A DNA stretch of 64,000 nt from Guillardia theta CCMP2712. Taxonomy: Eukaryota; Protista; Cryptophyta. The notes beneath the pieces are model-generated. The model had not been told where the DNA came from and did no database searches. It saw only the letters and a list, made by a program, of their open reading frames with translations. How positions within the stretch are numbered: the first letter of the stretch is position 1; the number at the start of each line of letters is the position of its first letter. The position numbers and the translations under genes are program-made. This document shows, piece after piece, positions 12,831 to 23,410 of this stretch. The DNA lies in the NCBI RefSeq assembly GCF_000315625.1, contig NW_005434672.1, forward strand, positions 1,182,155 through 1,246,154, given 5' to 3'.

Positions 12831-13889
12831 CCTTAAATTGCAACAGGACAGTTTTTGCTCAAGACCGAGCCTTCAGTAATGCACACGAAACCAGAATTGA
12901 GGAGCACATGTGTATGCTAGGGCTCGTAGTAACAGCCCTGCATGAAAATCTTCTTCAGAATGGACAATCCTTGAATGGTTATCGCCCACTCAGCATGACT
13001 GTGAACTTGACGTAGTATTCATCATCGTATCTTGACTTGGAACTGCTGACATTCTCTTGTTTGTGTGACTTTCTGACGTCGGCGATGTACTTTCCTAGAA
13101 GGATGGATCACATGCCAGCCGTGCCAGTCAGATAGCGCCGAGTTGACAAAAGCTTCCAGAACCAAGGCGAATCTTACGTGTTTCAGGCGGCAATGTAGCA
13201 CACGTGACGAAGAGCCTCGGAGGCCTTCCTAGCCGTCTTGCCTAAGGTCTTCTCATCAGTGTCTGGATGCTTGGGTTTCACAATTAGATGTCCGATCACC
13301 GGGGCCGTGGCACAGACGCTTGTTTACGGTGAGAGATAAGGGGAGATGCCTTGTGAGCGGGTGCAATGGAGAGAGATAGAGAATAAGGTAGGGGAGAAGG
13401 AGAGAGAAGTTTGCCCGCCGGCATTTGAAGACCAAAAGGTAAATTTTGAACCGTAAAGAACTTGTGACCAGAGATTGCTGCCGCGAGATCGGAACATTCG
13501 TTTCAAGGCATTTGCTGAGATATTGGGAGCCTTGTTCACGAGTCCATGAGTAGCTCCAGTTGATCATGTTACAGCCTAGCTCCGTGACATAACAACCTCC
13601 CGGGGGAGTTCCATTTGATCCTACCGTCACAGACCAAGAAAATAAGAATCGCATTAGCTCCAAGTCGGATCAATCAAACACATTGTGACTAACCAAACTG
13701 ATAAGATTAACTTGCATGATTGAGCATGTAAACGGGGCCCATAACCGACCGGGACTACAAGTTTGTTAGACTCTTGTACTGAGTGGCAAAGTAATGCAGA
13801 CATCATCATATCAACCTTAAATTGCAACAGGACAGTTTTTGCTCAAGACCGAGTTTAATGCACACGAAACCAGAATTGAGGAGCACATG
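12830..13889 (+). repeat. Pair of ~75-80 bp direct repeats (12830-12910 and 13815-13889)
   Basis: ccttaaattgcaacaggacagtttttgctcaagaccgag...taatgcacacgaaaccagaattgaggagcacatg occurs twice, ~985 bp apart. Confidence 0.9.
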
Positions 13890-14499
13890 GCCGAGAGATA
13901 GACTGTACACGATCTATGAAGTGGCTCCGTGCCTATGGATGTGATTGATAATGTCTTTGTCTTTCCCGGTGATGATACAAGCTACATACTTGTGAAGGGG
14001 ACCAGGAAGGTGGAACAGGCTTTTGGAGGATGTCAGCGGGAATACCGTACCGGGTGAAGCAGACGGTCAGTGTCTGTGCGGTTATCTCCTTCCTCACGAA
14101 CCAGTTTGTCCGTCCAAGCGTCTTACATGCGTTCCAGCTCGTATCTTCACACTGTGCGACTGGCAGACCGTGACTTCTGGAGTGCCCAGTGTCCACTCGG
14201 AACTTCCGAATCAGGTGTCAGCCGATGTTCTCCGCTGGCACCGGCCGTTTCTCCACTAGGTTCTTCCCAAGGTTGTAGCCTGGTAGATCAACTGTTGTAA
14301 TGTTGGGATACGGATATCTTGAATCTCACGCGAATGCTGAAAAAGACGTGCATGTCACGGTCTAGGAACGTGATAACTATTACCACTGCTACAGAAACTT
14401 GCAGTCGGTGCTATCACAGTCTACTTCGGGTGTCACTGCCACTGTGTCACCGTCTGTGGAGAGAAGGTTACTGGGAACTTCAACATATTCTAAAAATTT

Positions 14500-14969
14500 T
14501 AGAATATCAGTGCCTAGATATTCTATAAGGTGCTACATTTTCTCGAGAAACCTTGTATCACGGCAACCAGTGGACTCTTACTCTCACATTCGGAGTGACA
14601 TCAGCTGGAGAGTATGATTTGTGGAGTGACAACGGTAGTAACAGCTGAGCCTGGAGTGAAACATGGGTTCCGATATCAAAATGGCAATGGAGATCCATGA
14701 AGCTTTCTCAAAAACAAGTATCGACCTGACTAAGCTTAAGGAAAATTCGGGCAACAATGTTTTTAAGACGGAGGAAGAAATGTGGGGTACGCTCAATCCG
14801 TTTTTCACCGTACACTCGAACGAGTGTGGATGAAAACGAAATCATCGCTGTGAAGATTTCTACTACATACAACCCTGCGGACATTCTCACCAAGATCTGC
14901 CCAGTCTCCAAAATTCGTCAGCTAGCATCGTTCTTGTTCGGCAACGACATGCCTCATGTCTCGGTTTGA
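14500..14969 (+). mobile_element. Degenerate Ty1/Copia retrotransposon RNase H remnant
   Basis: SVDENEIIAVKISTTYNPADILTK is the Copia RNase H C-terminal motif; upstream TSGLL...ISWR remnant; frameshifts and stops. Confidence 0.75.
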
Positions 14970-15759
14970 CCATCATTACGCCGCTGCTTCATGCAAGACC
15001 TTGTCAAGCTAGCCAAGCTCCCTGTACCTCGTCAGGGAGGGAGATGGACAATGCGAAGTCACAGGGGACCCACTTCAGCCTGAGGTCATCTGTTCCGACA
15101 CCAGAGACAGTCAGGGAGGGTTCACTAAATGAACAATCAAAATCAGGGAATATCATATCTTTTCACTATCATACCTGAATACTGAACTTCATGACAGGCT
15201 GAGACCCTCTTACCATACCTGATGAAAGACATCAGCATCGAGCCTCGCATCATCCCTATGTCAAGTCACGTGACATGGACGAGTCACTGCCAGGGATCCC
15301 CCAAGCAGAGCCAGGAGTCGCACAAGATGACGACGAGGCCACAAGACAGCTCTCCCACCATGATGAGTGTGGCAAAGAAGCTGAGGGGTGACATGACAGC
15401 GAGAAAATCTCGATGATGAAGGGATCAGTCCTGATCAAAGTCGCTCTGAATGTCAAAAGTGACAAGAGCTGTTTTCAATCCAACCTCAAAGCCTGTACGT
15501 GGCCAACAGTGAGGAGAGGAATTACCTCATGATTCCACTGGACAAGCACCGCGATGTTGAAGCGGCAAGCAGAGCACGGCAGATGAAAGCTTGAAGGTTG
15601 TGAAGACCGAGGAAGGGAGACGTCCCAAAGCCTCATTGCATGCCACGATCTCACGATGGCGATAAGATGACACGAACCAACTCTACAGCAGAGTTGAAGA
15701 AATCAAAGGCAGCTTGAAGCGCCAAGCCTTCGCAAGACGAAGAAGCAGACGATGAAGAC

Positions 15760-16132
15760 ATACCTTCGATCGAAGTTATGAAATGATGCTGCAGAAATGA
15801 AGGAGGTCCCAAGTCGCCAGGCACATCAGTGCTGATGGGCGCTGAGGAGAACCTTTCAGTACCATGCACAGCCCTACTGCGAAAGTCAAGTCAAGAGGCT
15901 GTGGTATCTTGTGAGGGAAATAGAAATAGAAGCCAGAGCACTGGGAGTGTATGTCGAGCAACCGGACGGGATAGAGGAAGCGGGGTTTATGTATGATCAG
16001 TGTGAAAACTTTCTGATGGAAGTATACAAGAAAGCAAGAGGAGAATGGAACATGACGTCAAGGTTTGGCCATTTGTCGTGGATGACGGTGGTGGACTTGC
16101 TTAGGAAGAGCGGGCGAGGGCGAAGGATGTAA
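15760..16132 (+). pseudogene. Decayed C-terminal fragment of a Crypton-like protein
   Basis: KRLWYLVREIE...RFGHLSWMTVVDLLRK resembles KRRSDVKFLVKCFE...RRGQLKWNTFVKKLRK of the neighbouring Crypton C-terminus. Confidence 0.55.
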
Positions 16133-16676
16133 AGATGGTTTGGTGTAGTTACTAGTGTAATACATTAATTTGCAATAAAGAAGAGCACAGTACATGTCGG
16201 AGATGTCTACAAACATGCAAGTGCAATACCAGGTACAGACACATTCAGGTACAGACACATTGGGAAGTTGGATGCTATCCTGCATGCAACAACCATTACT
16301 CCTTGTCACCTCTATAATGTTCATGGGCATGGGATCATGGGACAAGTGCGGGGTAAGGGGAGAAGATGCTTTTGTGATTAGGGTGTGGATGTGTGGATGG
16401 TCGTGCAGTGTACCAAGGAAACAAGCGTCATATGGTTGCTCAAGGGACTTGCATATTGGAAGACAGTTGGGGATGGATGATATCATGATAATGACAACTT
16501 GGGAATCTCAACGAGACAAGTATGATTCTTCAGACCGAATTCATCTATGACATGAAAGGTTTTCTATCCGAGGCTTATCATCATTGAAACTTAGATGTGT
16601 AGAAGCAATGAACAACTATGCCTAGAATGATCCTAAGACGTGATGTGATGTAGAACTTATCTTACCGCTTTACACA

Positions 16677-16716
16677 GGCCCGCCTCAGGACGTGTCGGAT
16701 TGTTCTGAGGCGGGCC
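16677..16716. other. Perfect 12-bp inverted repeat with 16-bp spacer, upstream of the Crypton gene
   Basis: GGCCCGCCTCAG (16677-16688) and CTGAGGCGGGCC (16705-16716). Confidence 0.85.
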
Positions 16717-17017
16717 CACTGAGGCCTGCTAAAGCTTTTTAGCTTGAAACTCCTACAGTTTTTAGTTACAGGATTGGGCCATATTTTTGGATTTGAGTTT
16801 TTGTTATTTTGGAGAGAATTTTGAAATTTTATACGGAAACATTGAAATGACTTACACTCATTTCTCTACGAAGGTCAGTGTGCTGAAACCAAACTCAGGA
16901 GGGGTATATTTGAAGGATTTTACTAGGGTACCCAGGGTACTCTGTCTGGTCGTGCAAACGGGTTCATTTCAACAGGGGGGATTCTGGTAGGAGTCTGAGC
17001 GCACATTTCTTTGTGGG

Positions 17018-19693
17018 ATGGCAGCGCAGGCTGAGAGACATGTTGAAGATGAAATGGAGGAGGTAAGCCAAGTAGAGTCTCCGAATGTCAACGAGGATGA
17101 AGGCGATCCTTAGGAGGACATGCAGGTCCAGGAAGCAGTTGTAATTCCAGGACAGGCCACTCCGAGGCCTCAAATCGGGGGCCGAAGAAAACGTCAGAGA
17201 ACAGGTAACGAGGCCCGACAACCATTGGATGCAGCTCGTGGGCGTCAAAGAATCTCAGAAATCCGATCAAAGAGGGTTTCGCAAAATTCAAGAGCTGCAT
17301 ATACATCTAGTATTGTCCGTTTTATACAGTTCGTGTATCGAAACAATCCTTTTCTATTGACAACGGAATTCAAAGATTTGATTGAAAGAGATATGGAAGA
17401 AGGAGATCCACCACTACCATCGAAGAGGATCATACGAACGGTACTGGACGAGAATTCTGTATCTTGGACAGGTTAGAAGTTGCCATTGATGGCAATATTA
17501 TCTCTGAAACATTGAAACAGGGAATGCCCCAAGAGTTTACCCGATTCATTTCGATCAATTAGACGCAGACTACTTCTGTATGTGGATCACGCATCTGCTA
17601 AGCGTTTCACCGAACAATGGTTTGGCAACTTACAGTAATCATCGATCGGCAATAAACAGCTTTTTCAGAGATTTTCAGAAAGACCTACCCCTGGAATTCA
17701 AGAATGCTCTTCAAGAATTCTATGTTGGCCTCAAGAAAGATCTGAATCAGATGGATGCAACAGGTGTACTGAAGATAACAACAGGCAAAGAACCTATGAG
17801 CATGACAACCTATCGTTTGTTTTGCAAAACCATGATGTTTTCCGACAAGAGAAATTACATCTTCGCTCGCACTTTTCTCATCATTTGTTGGAATCTTATG
17901 TGTCGCGCTGGAAACGCCGAATCTATTCAGTTCAACCACATGTGCTGGAATGAAGATCATCTCCAAATTTTCTTTGCTCACTCGAAAACAGATCAGAGCG
18001 GTGACAAGCCCAGAGACCCCAGGAGAGTCTATGCAAATCCAGTTTATCCAGAGATCTGTCCCATATTGGCATTAGGAATCTATTTGCTTTGCTATTTACC
18101 AGATGAACTGTCCCTGTTTCCAGGCAGATCACAATACAAGCGTTTCATGCAGGTTCTTTCAAAAATAATGATGCCGCCGAATCAATCAGCAGTCCCGAGT
18201 CCCTCTGACACAGACGAGACCGCGGAAAGGCATGATGATCATAATGGTATGGATGCAGTGCAGACTGCAGTCACTGCCCATCTGCGTTCACTCGGTTTAC
18301 AACCAGAGGATCTTGGAAGTCACTCTATTAGGAAGGGGGCAGCAACTTATTGTTCATCCGGGAGTACTCACTGTCCATCGAGCAGTGCTGTGTCTGAGCG
18401 AGCAGGATGGTCCAATGGAGCAGTTTTCAACACGTATCTACGATATGAAGCAGCAGGTGATGCATTTGTTGGACCACTATAACAGGGCTTCCCATCGACT
18501 CATCAGAGTTTGCAATTCTTCCGCCGCATTTCAAAGAAGCTGACTCGTCAGGGATGGTTACAAGTGCGATTGAGATGCTGTTCCCAACATTACCAATGTG
18601 CATGTATGGAGTTGCGGAGTTTGCACTCGCATCCGTGTTATACCATGCAGATTTCCTGAGAACGAATTTGCAGAGGAATCATCCTCTTTGGAAGTCAACC
18701 TTGTTTCAGGACGAAGCTATGCTGAATACTTTGAAATCAAAGGTTGTTTGCTGCATGCCAAAGGAAGCAAGGGGCAGAATGGAAGCGACAGGCATTCCTC
18801 CCCACGTTCATCAATATGTCCACAATGACAAGGTTATTGCGTCCCTAGAAAAAATACAAAGAGAAGTTCTGGAGTTCAAGCAATCTAGCCGGGGCAACCA
18901 GGCATTGGCAGAAGGAGTTTCGGAGAGGCGACAAGTTGGTTTCGTACCAAATGAGTCTGGACAATCAGCAAAGGAATTCTTTCGCCAAGGCTTGCTAGAG
19001 AATCGAGATGAGCTGAAAGCCATCATACGGGAGGTGATTATGGAGACGGGAGGGGAAGCAAGTGGATCACAGAGAGATGTTCAGCAAAGGGAACCCCAGG
19101 CTTCAGGTCAGAGTGTTGTTGAGTCTGGTCGCAGGAGTGAGGAGCGCACCGTAATACCGGCAGACACTGTTGGAGGAAACGAGAGCAGAGACCCGGGTGG
19201 TTCTATTGATGAAGCAGCTGGGGAAAGCGCGTCGGCTCTGGAAGAAGTACTTTTGACAGAAGAGCTGGAAACCCCATTATCGGCATGGAATTTGTGGTTC
19301 TGTGGAAACGAGAAAAAACAAATTCCCCCTTTGAGAAATGTTTCTGCAGGGGAGTTGAAGCCTGGACAAAGCAATACAAAGCGACGTTCAGACGTGAAGT
19401 TTCTCGTAAAATGTTTTGAGCAGCATATGAACAACGTGCTAGCTGACAAGGATGCAGACGAGAGGGATACAGAACTAAGGAGATTTGAAGAGTTGAAAAG
19501 AGGAAGCGGAGTCAGGCGCATGTTCAGGGAATCGCAGGAGATTTTTGTCAAGTATGAGTCGTCTTTCTACAGTTGGATCAATGTAGACTCGGGCTACAGT
19601 TTCCGCAGAGGGCAATTGAAATGGAATACATTCGTGAAGAAGTTAAGGAAAAAATTCAAGAAGAACTCAGGCTCATCTGCATCAAGTCGTTGA
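17018..19693 (+). mobile_element. Crypton DNA transposon tyrosine-recombinase gene with GCR1_C-like tail; two disabling lesions
   Basis: CWNLMCRAGN (R), HSKTDQ (K), VYANP..PEICPILAL, GSHSIRKG (HxxR), RAGW, TYLRY (Y) and AWNLWFCGNEKKQIPPLR. Intron 17472-17520 joins the frames. In-frame TAG at 17111 and a 1-nt frameshift at ~18474. Confidence 0.88.
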
Positions 19694-20332
19694 GAATAGT
19701 CAGGATGATGTTTTCTTTGAACATGGAATAAAAGTACTTGAATACGCTGAACGATTGTCGATATTCAGCCATGATCATGGAAGTCAGTGACTTGTTTCCA
19801 GAATAACTTTTTGAATTGCTTCGATCAAACGTCCCATGCCATGATCAGATGACTACAAGGTTCAGAACAAGCATATGTCGTAGAGGTTTTCTTCCATCAA
19901 GCGAGGTTCAATGCTGTTTGTTACTCTCATATTGCATAATTAGAGAATACAAGCCTAGGCAATCGATGGAGAAATGATTTCCCTATGTTATGCATTGTTT
20001 GGTTTGTCAGGAACAAACAGCATACTGAGAACAATTGCGATCTATCTTCCTTCCATCGCCACCGGCATGAATTTTCGCTAAGTCCAATCTATAGTTTGAA
20101 CTATAAACCTCACAGAAAAAAATGTGTTATACATTGAATCCTACCTAGATCCCATAGCTCTACTTATATTTTGTTCGGTTGTTAGGGTTTGGCTTTCTCC
20201 GGGGCCCAAAGGTTTTTCAAATCCAGTCGGAACATGCGGCTCATAATTTCAAATGTGGGGCAACAAATATGAAGCTTCCCTAATCTCTATTGAGTTGAGT
20301 AATGGTAAAACCTCTCTCGCTTCAGCTCTGCC

Positions 20333-21382
20333 ATGCCCAAACGCGGCAGGCAAGATGGGGGCGACGATGAGCAGTCCGCCCGTAAGAGCAAGAGAGTACA
20401 GCAGAACAAGGAGGAAGAGATCCGAAAGAAGGAGGAGGAGCTCCGGAAGAAGGAGGAGGAGCTTCGAAAGAAGGAGGAGGAGCTCCGAAAGAAGGAGGAG
20501 GAGCTCCGAAATGATAAGACTAAGGCAATGCTGAAACGTCATGTCGACGGCGAAAACAAGGAGTACTGGGAGGATGTTCTGAAGGACCTTGCGGACCAGG
20601 AGAAGAAACTAGAGAAGGAGAGGGAGGAGCTCCGAAAGGAGAAGAAGGAGGAGGAGCTCCGAAAGAAGGAGGAGGAGCTCCGAAATGATAAGACTAAGGC
20701 AATGCTGAAACGTCATGTCGACGGCGAAAACAAGGAGTACTGGGAGGATGTTCTGAAGGACCTTGCGGACCAGGAGAAGAAACTAGAGAAGGAGAGGGAG
20801 GAGCTCCGAAAGGGTTGGAAAGGTCTCCCAGAGAGAGAGAACCACATCGCTTGGAAGGAGATAACTCGGAATCGTGACGCGGGGGGGTATATGGAGGAGC
20901 GCAAGTTTTTCTGTCTCGATGGGACGTTTTGGGATCAGAAGAGCTCTGGACAAGAAAGGCAGCGGGTGCTCTACTGCAGGGAATGCTTCAAGGAGCAGTG
21001 GGATTTCATTAAAGAGAGAGTGTGTGAGGCCGGGTGTCTGGGTTGGATCCTAGGCCCTCCAGGGACGGGGAAGTCGACGACGACCATGTCCTTTATACAA
21101 TCGCTGAGCATGGAGGAGGGATGGATGGTGATGTGTGTGCGGCTGTGGAAGTGGAGTTCAGTTCAAGTGCTACAAGTTGATGGTGGAGTTTTGAGAATCG
21201 CTGAATTGCCACGCAATGGTGCAGAAGATATGCTGAGAAGGGTCCTAAGAGAATGGTCCCGGAGCAAGAAGAAGTATCTTGTGTCCTTGGACGGTTACCA
21301 AGAGAGTAGCCCCCTTGTTGATGACTCTGATAACCCCCCACTCCCCCCCCCTGCATTTACAATCCCTTCACCTCCAATATAA
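20333..21382 (+). CDS. Crinkler (CR)-type effector-like protein: coiled-coil repeats plus P-loop NTPase, apparently 3'-truncated
   Basis: LYCRECFKEQWDFI...GWILGPPGTGKST (Walker A) and YLVSLDGY (Walker B-like), then runs into a low-complexity C-rich tail; intronless. Confidence 0.65.
   Translation: MPKRGRQDGGDDEQSARKSKRVQQNKEEEIRKKEEELRKKEEELRKKEEELRKKEEELRNDKTKAMLKRHVDGENKEYWEDVLKDLADQEKKLEKEREELRKEKKEEELRKKEEELRNDKTKAMLKRHVDGENKEYWEDVLKDLADQEKKLEKEREELRKGWKGLPERENHIAWKEITRNRDAGGYMEERKFFCLDGTFWDQKSSGQERQRVLYCRECFKEQWDFIKERVCEAGCLGWILGPPGTGKSTTTMSFIQSLSMEEGWMVMCVRLWKWSSVQVLQVDGGVLRIAELPRNGAEDMLRRVLREWSRSKKKYLVSLDGYQESSPLVDDSDNPPLPPPAFTIPSPPI
20468..20813 (+). repeat. Tandem 174-bp (58-aa) duplication plus 21-bp KKEEELR repeats
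   Basis: aatgataagactaaggc at 20510 and 20684; the units look identical by eye. Confidence 0.92.
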
Positions 21383-21869
21383 AAATGCGAAAAAGAGTAA
21401 TAGAACCGCGGAGTACCGTGTCTGCTAGGTCTAACAGGGGGTAGGGTAGTGGTTACACCGGGGAGCCTATGGTAGGGTACCCGTCATCCATTACGTAGTG
21501 TTTCCCAGATGACTGGGGTACTGGGGTAGTCTACCCTCTAAGAGTTGAAACATTCGAATACTACCCCGAAGAAATCCAGGCAGGAACACCCACCTTACCC
21601 ACCCTACCCTGGGAGAAGAGTTCAACCGGAGGTCCGATTGCACCCGTACGATTGCATGATCCTCTGACAGATACGTCCCATCTTACCAGGCCGTACCACC
21701 CCACACCATATTTTCTAATTGAAGACCACCCCTCCTGGTCTCATTGGCCTACAACCCCACCCAGATGTAAAAATAACCTCGACTACCATACCGCATCCAA
21801 CTACCCTAAAGAGGTAGGACCTTTAATACCCCACCCTGGACCAACAAACATCCCCGAGTCCCGTCCTTC

Positions 21870-22900
21870 CACGGCCACCGGCAGATGTGCCCCGATGATG
21901 GACCTAGCTGGGCTGCCAGGCGACCGTGACCGTACTACTCAGTGCGGCCATGATGATGACGGTCACCGTCCTGGCACCCGATCGGACCGCGGACTCCGTG
22001 CACCGGCGGGCCCTGGCGCGGCCGCCGGCGGGCCGCTCATTGCAAGTTGAACTTCCGAAGTTCCGAAACTTCCGACCGTCGGACCGGGGCACTGGCACCG
22101 GCCCGGCGGCCGTACCGTAGTACGTGACGGCGGGGGGCCGGTCCGACCGTCTGCGGCGAGCCTCGTTAGTAGCCTGAGCTTCACCGTGCGGGCGCCCGGC
22201 CGCGGCGGCGCCGCGGCGCCCGGGGGGTAATACTGAATACTTGCGGCGGACTACCGTACGGCCTACGGTACCCGGTCACGGCGCGGCGCGCCGATGATGT
22301 CCGACATGGCGGCCGCTGAGTCAGTCGGATAAGTTCTTGGAGACGGCGAGAACTTGCAGGCCGCGCTGAGTTCAGCCTCAGGGTATTGCGTCTCATCGGT
22401 GGACGAAGCTCAGCGAGATGGAAGTGGGTTTTGACATAGGTCTGGAAGGAATCGACGAGCCTGAGGAAGGAATCGACGAGCCTGAGGGTCAGGCAGTGAA
22501 GAGGGGATTAGGAGGACACGTGTCCAGAGCGCTGTGCATTGTGATTGGGTTGCAAGGGACTGAAGGGAAGGTGATTGCTGTGAATAAAGGAGGCATTGGT
22601 GGAGTTGAGTGTGTCGATTACTGCCGCACTGTGGCAGTACGCGGCGGCCCGGCCGCCGCCGGGCGCCCCCGCGGGGTGAGTCGGCCGAGTTCGAGCCGCC
22701 GCTCGGAGTTTTCTTGCCGCAGTGCGCGCAGTTATTAAGTGAAGGTCACCGTATCAGTTGAGTTTTGGGGACAGCAGTGGCCCGGAGGCCCGGATACTGG
22801 ACTCTCCGAAACCAGAGTTGGTTCTTCAAGCCTCCTCGCCCAGGCTCAGGCCTGATGATTGTCCGAGGTCCTCGAGCTGATTTTCAACCTAACTTTGAGT
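21870..22900. repeat. GC-rich island containing dispersed-repeat segments A (22326-22610) and B (22735-22900)
   Basis: Segment A aligns with 34738-35030 and segment B with 49917-50085; includes a 21-bp tandem duplication at 22444-22485. Confidence 0.85.
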
Positions 22901-23410
22901 TATGATTAGAAACGTTTGAAATGTTTCGGATATTTTTGCAATTTTTTAAAAATCTTCTTTTTTTCAACTGACGCCCCCCAACGGCAATCAGCGCTTGCGG
23001 GCCGATCATTCAGGCCACCGTCCAGGCTCCCTACCCCTCCAATCGTACACCCCAGCCTGTGTGATACCCCTCGTATTTCACTACCCTGCTCTGCAATACC
23101 CCCAATTTACCCAAGCATTAGGGGATATTCTTGGTGACAAATGACCCTACCGTTGCTCTCAGCGGACCCTACCAACCAAAACCTAAGTCCGCCCTGCATC
23201 CTCCCTCCATCCTTTCAGTTTGGCTCCTGTTTGCCTTCCCCTCCCTAGTTGACAACAGTGCGGGCCTTCTCTTGCTTGCTCGGCTTGCAAGCACATCTTG
23301 GTCACTCATTTGGAGCTCACCATCTGGCTCACCCTGAACGGAACCCGTGCAACTGACATATACAGGGATCCTCTCTTCAGAGTAACTGCTATCTTCGTTC
23401 TCAACCTGAA

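Noticed and set aside
16677-16735. Helitron 3' end (hairpin plus CTRR)
   Set aside because: CTAA is not followed by T, and no Rep/helicase remnant is seen.
20420-20510. CRISPR-like or non-coding repeat array
   Set aside because: The 21-bp units have no spacers and are in-frame coding heptads; the context is eukaryotic.
16431-21472. TATGGT at 16431 and 21468, or CCATA at 16779 and 20152, as Crypton termini
   Set aside because: 5-6-mers occur by chance at this density; ends cannot be assigned without other copies.
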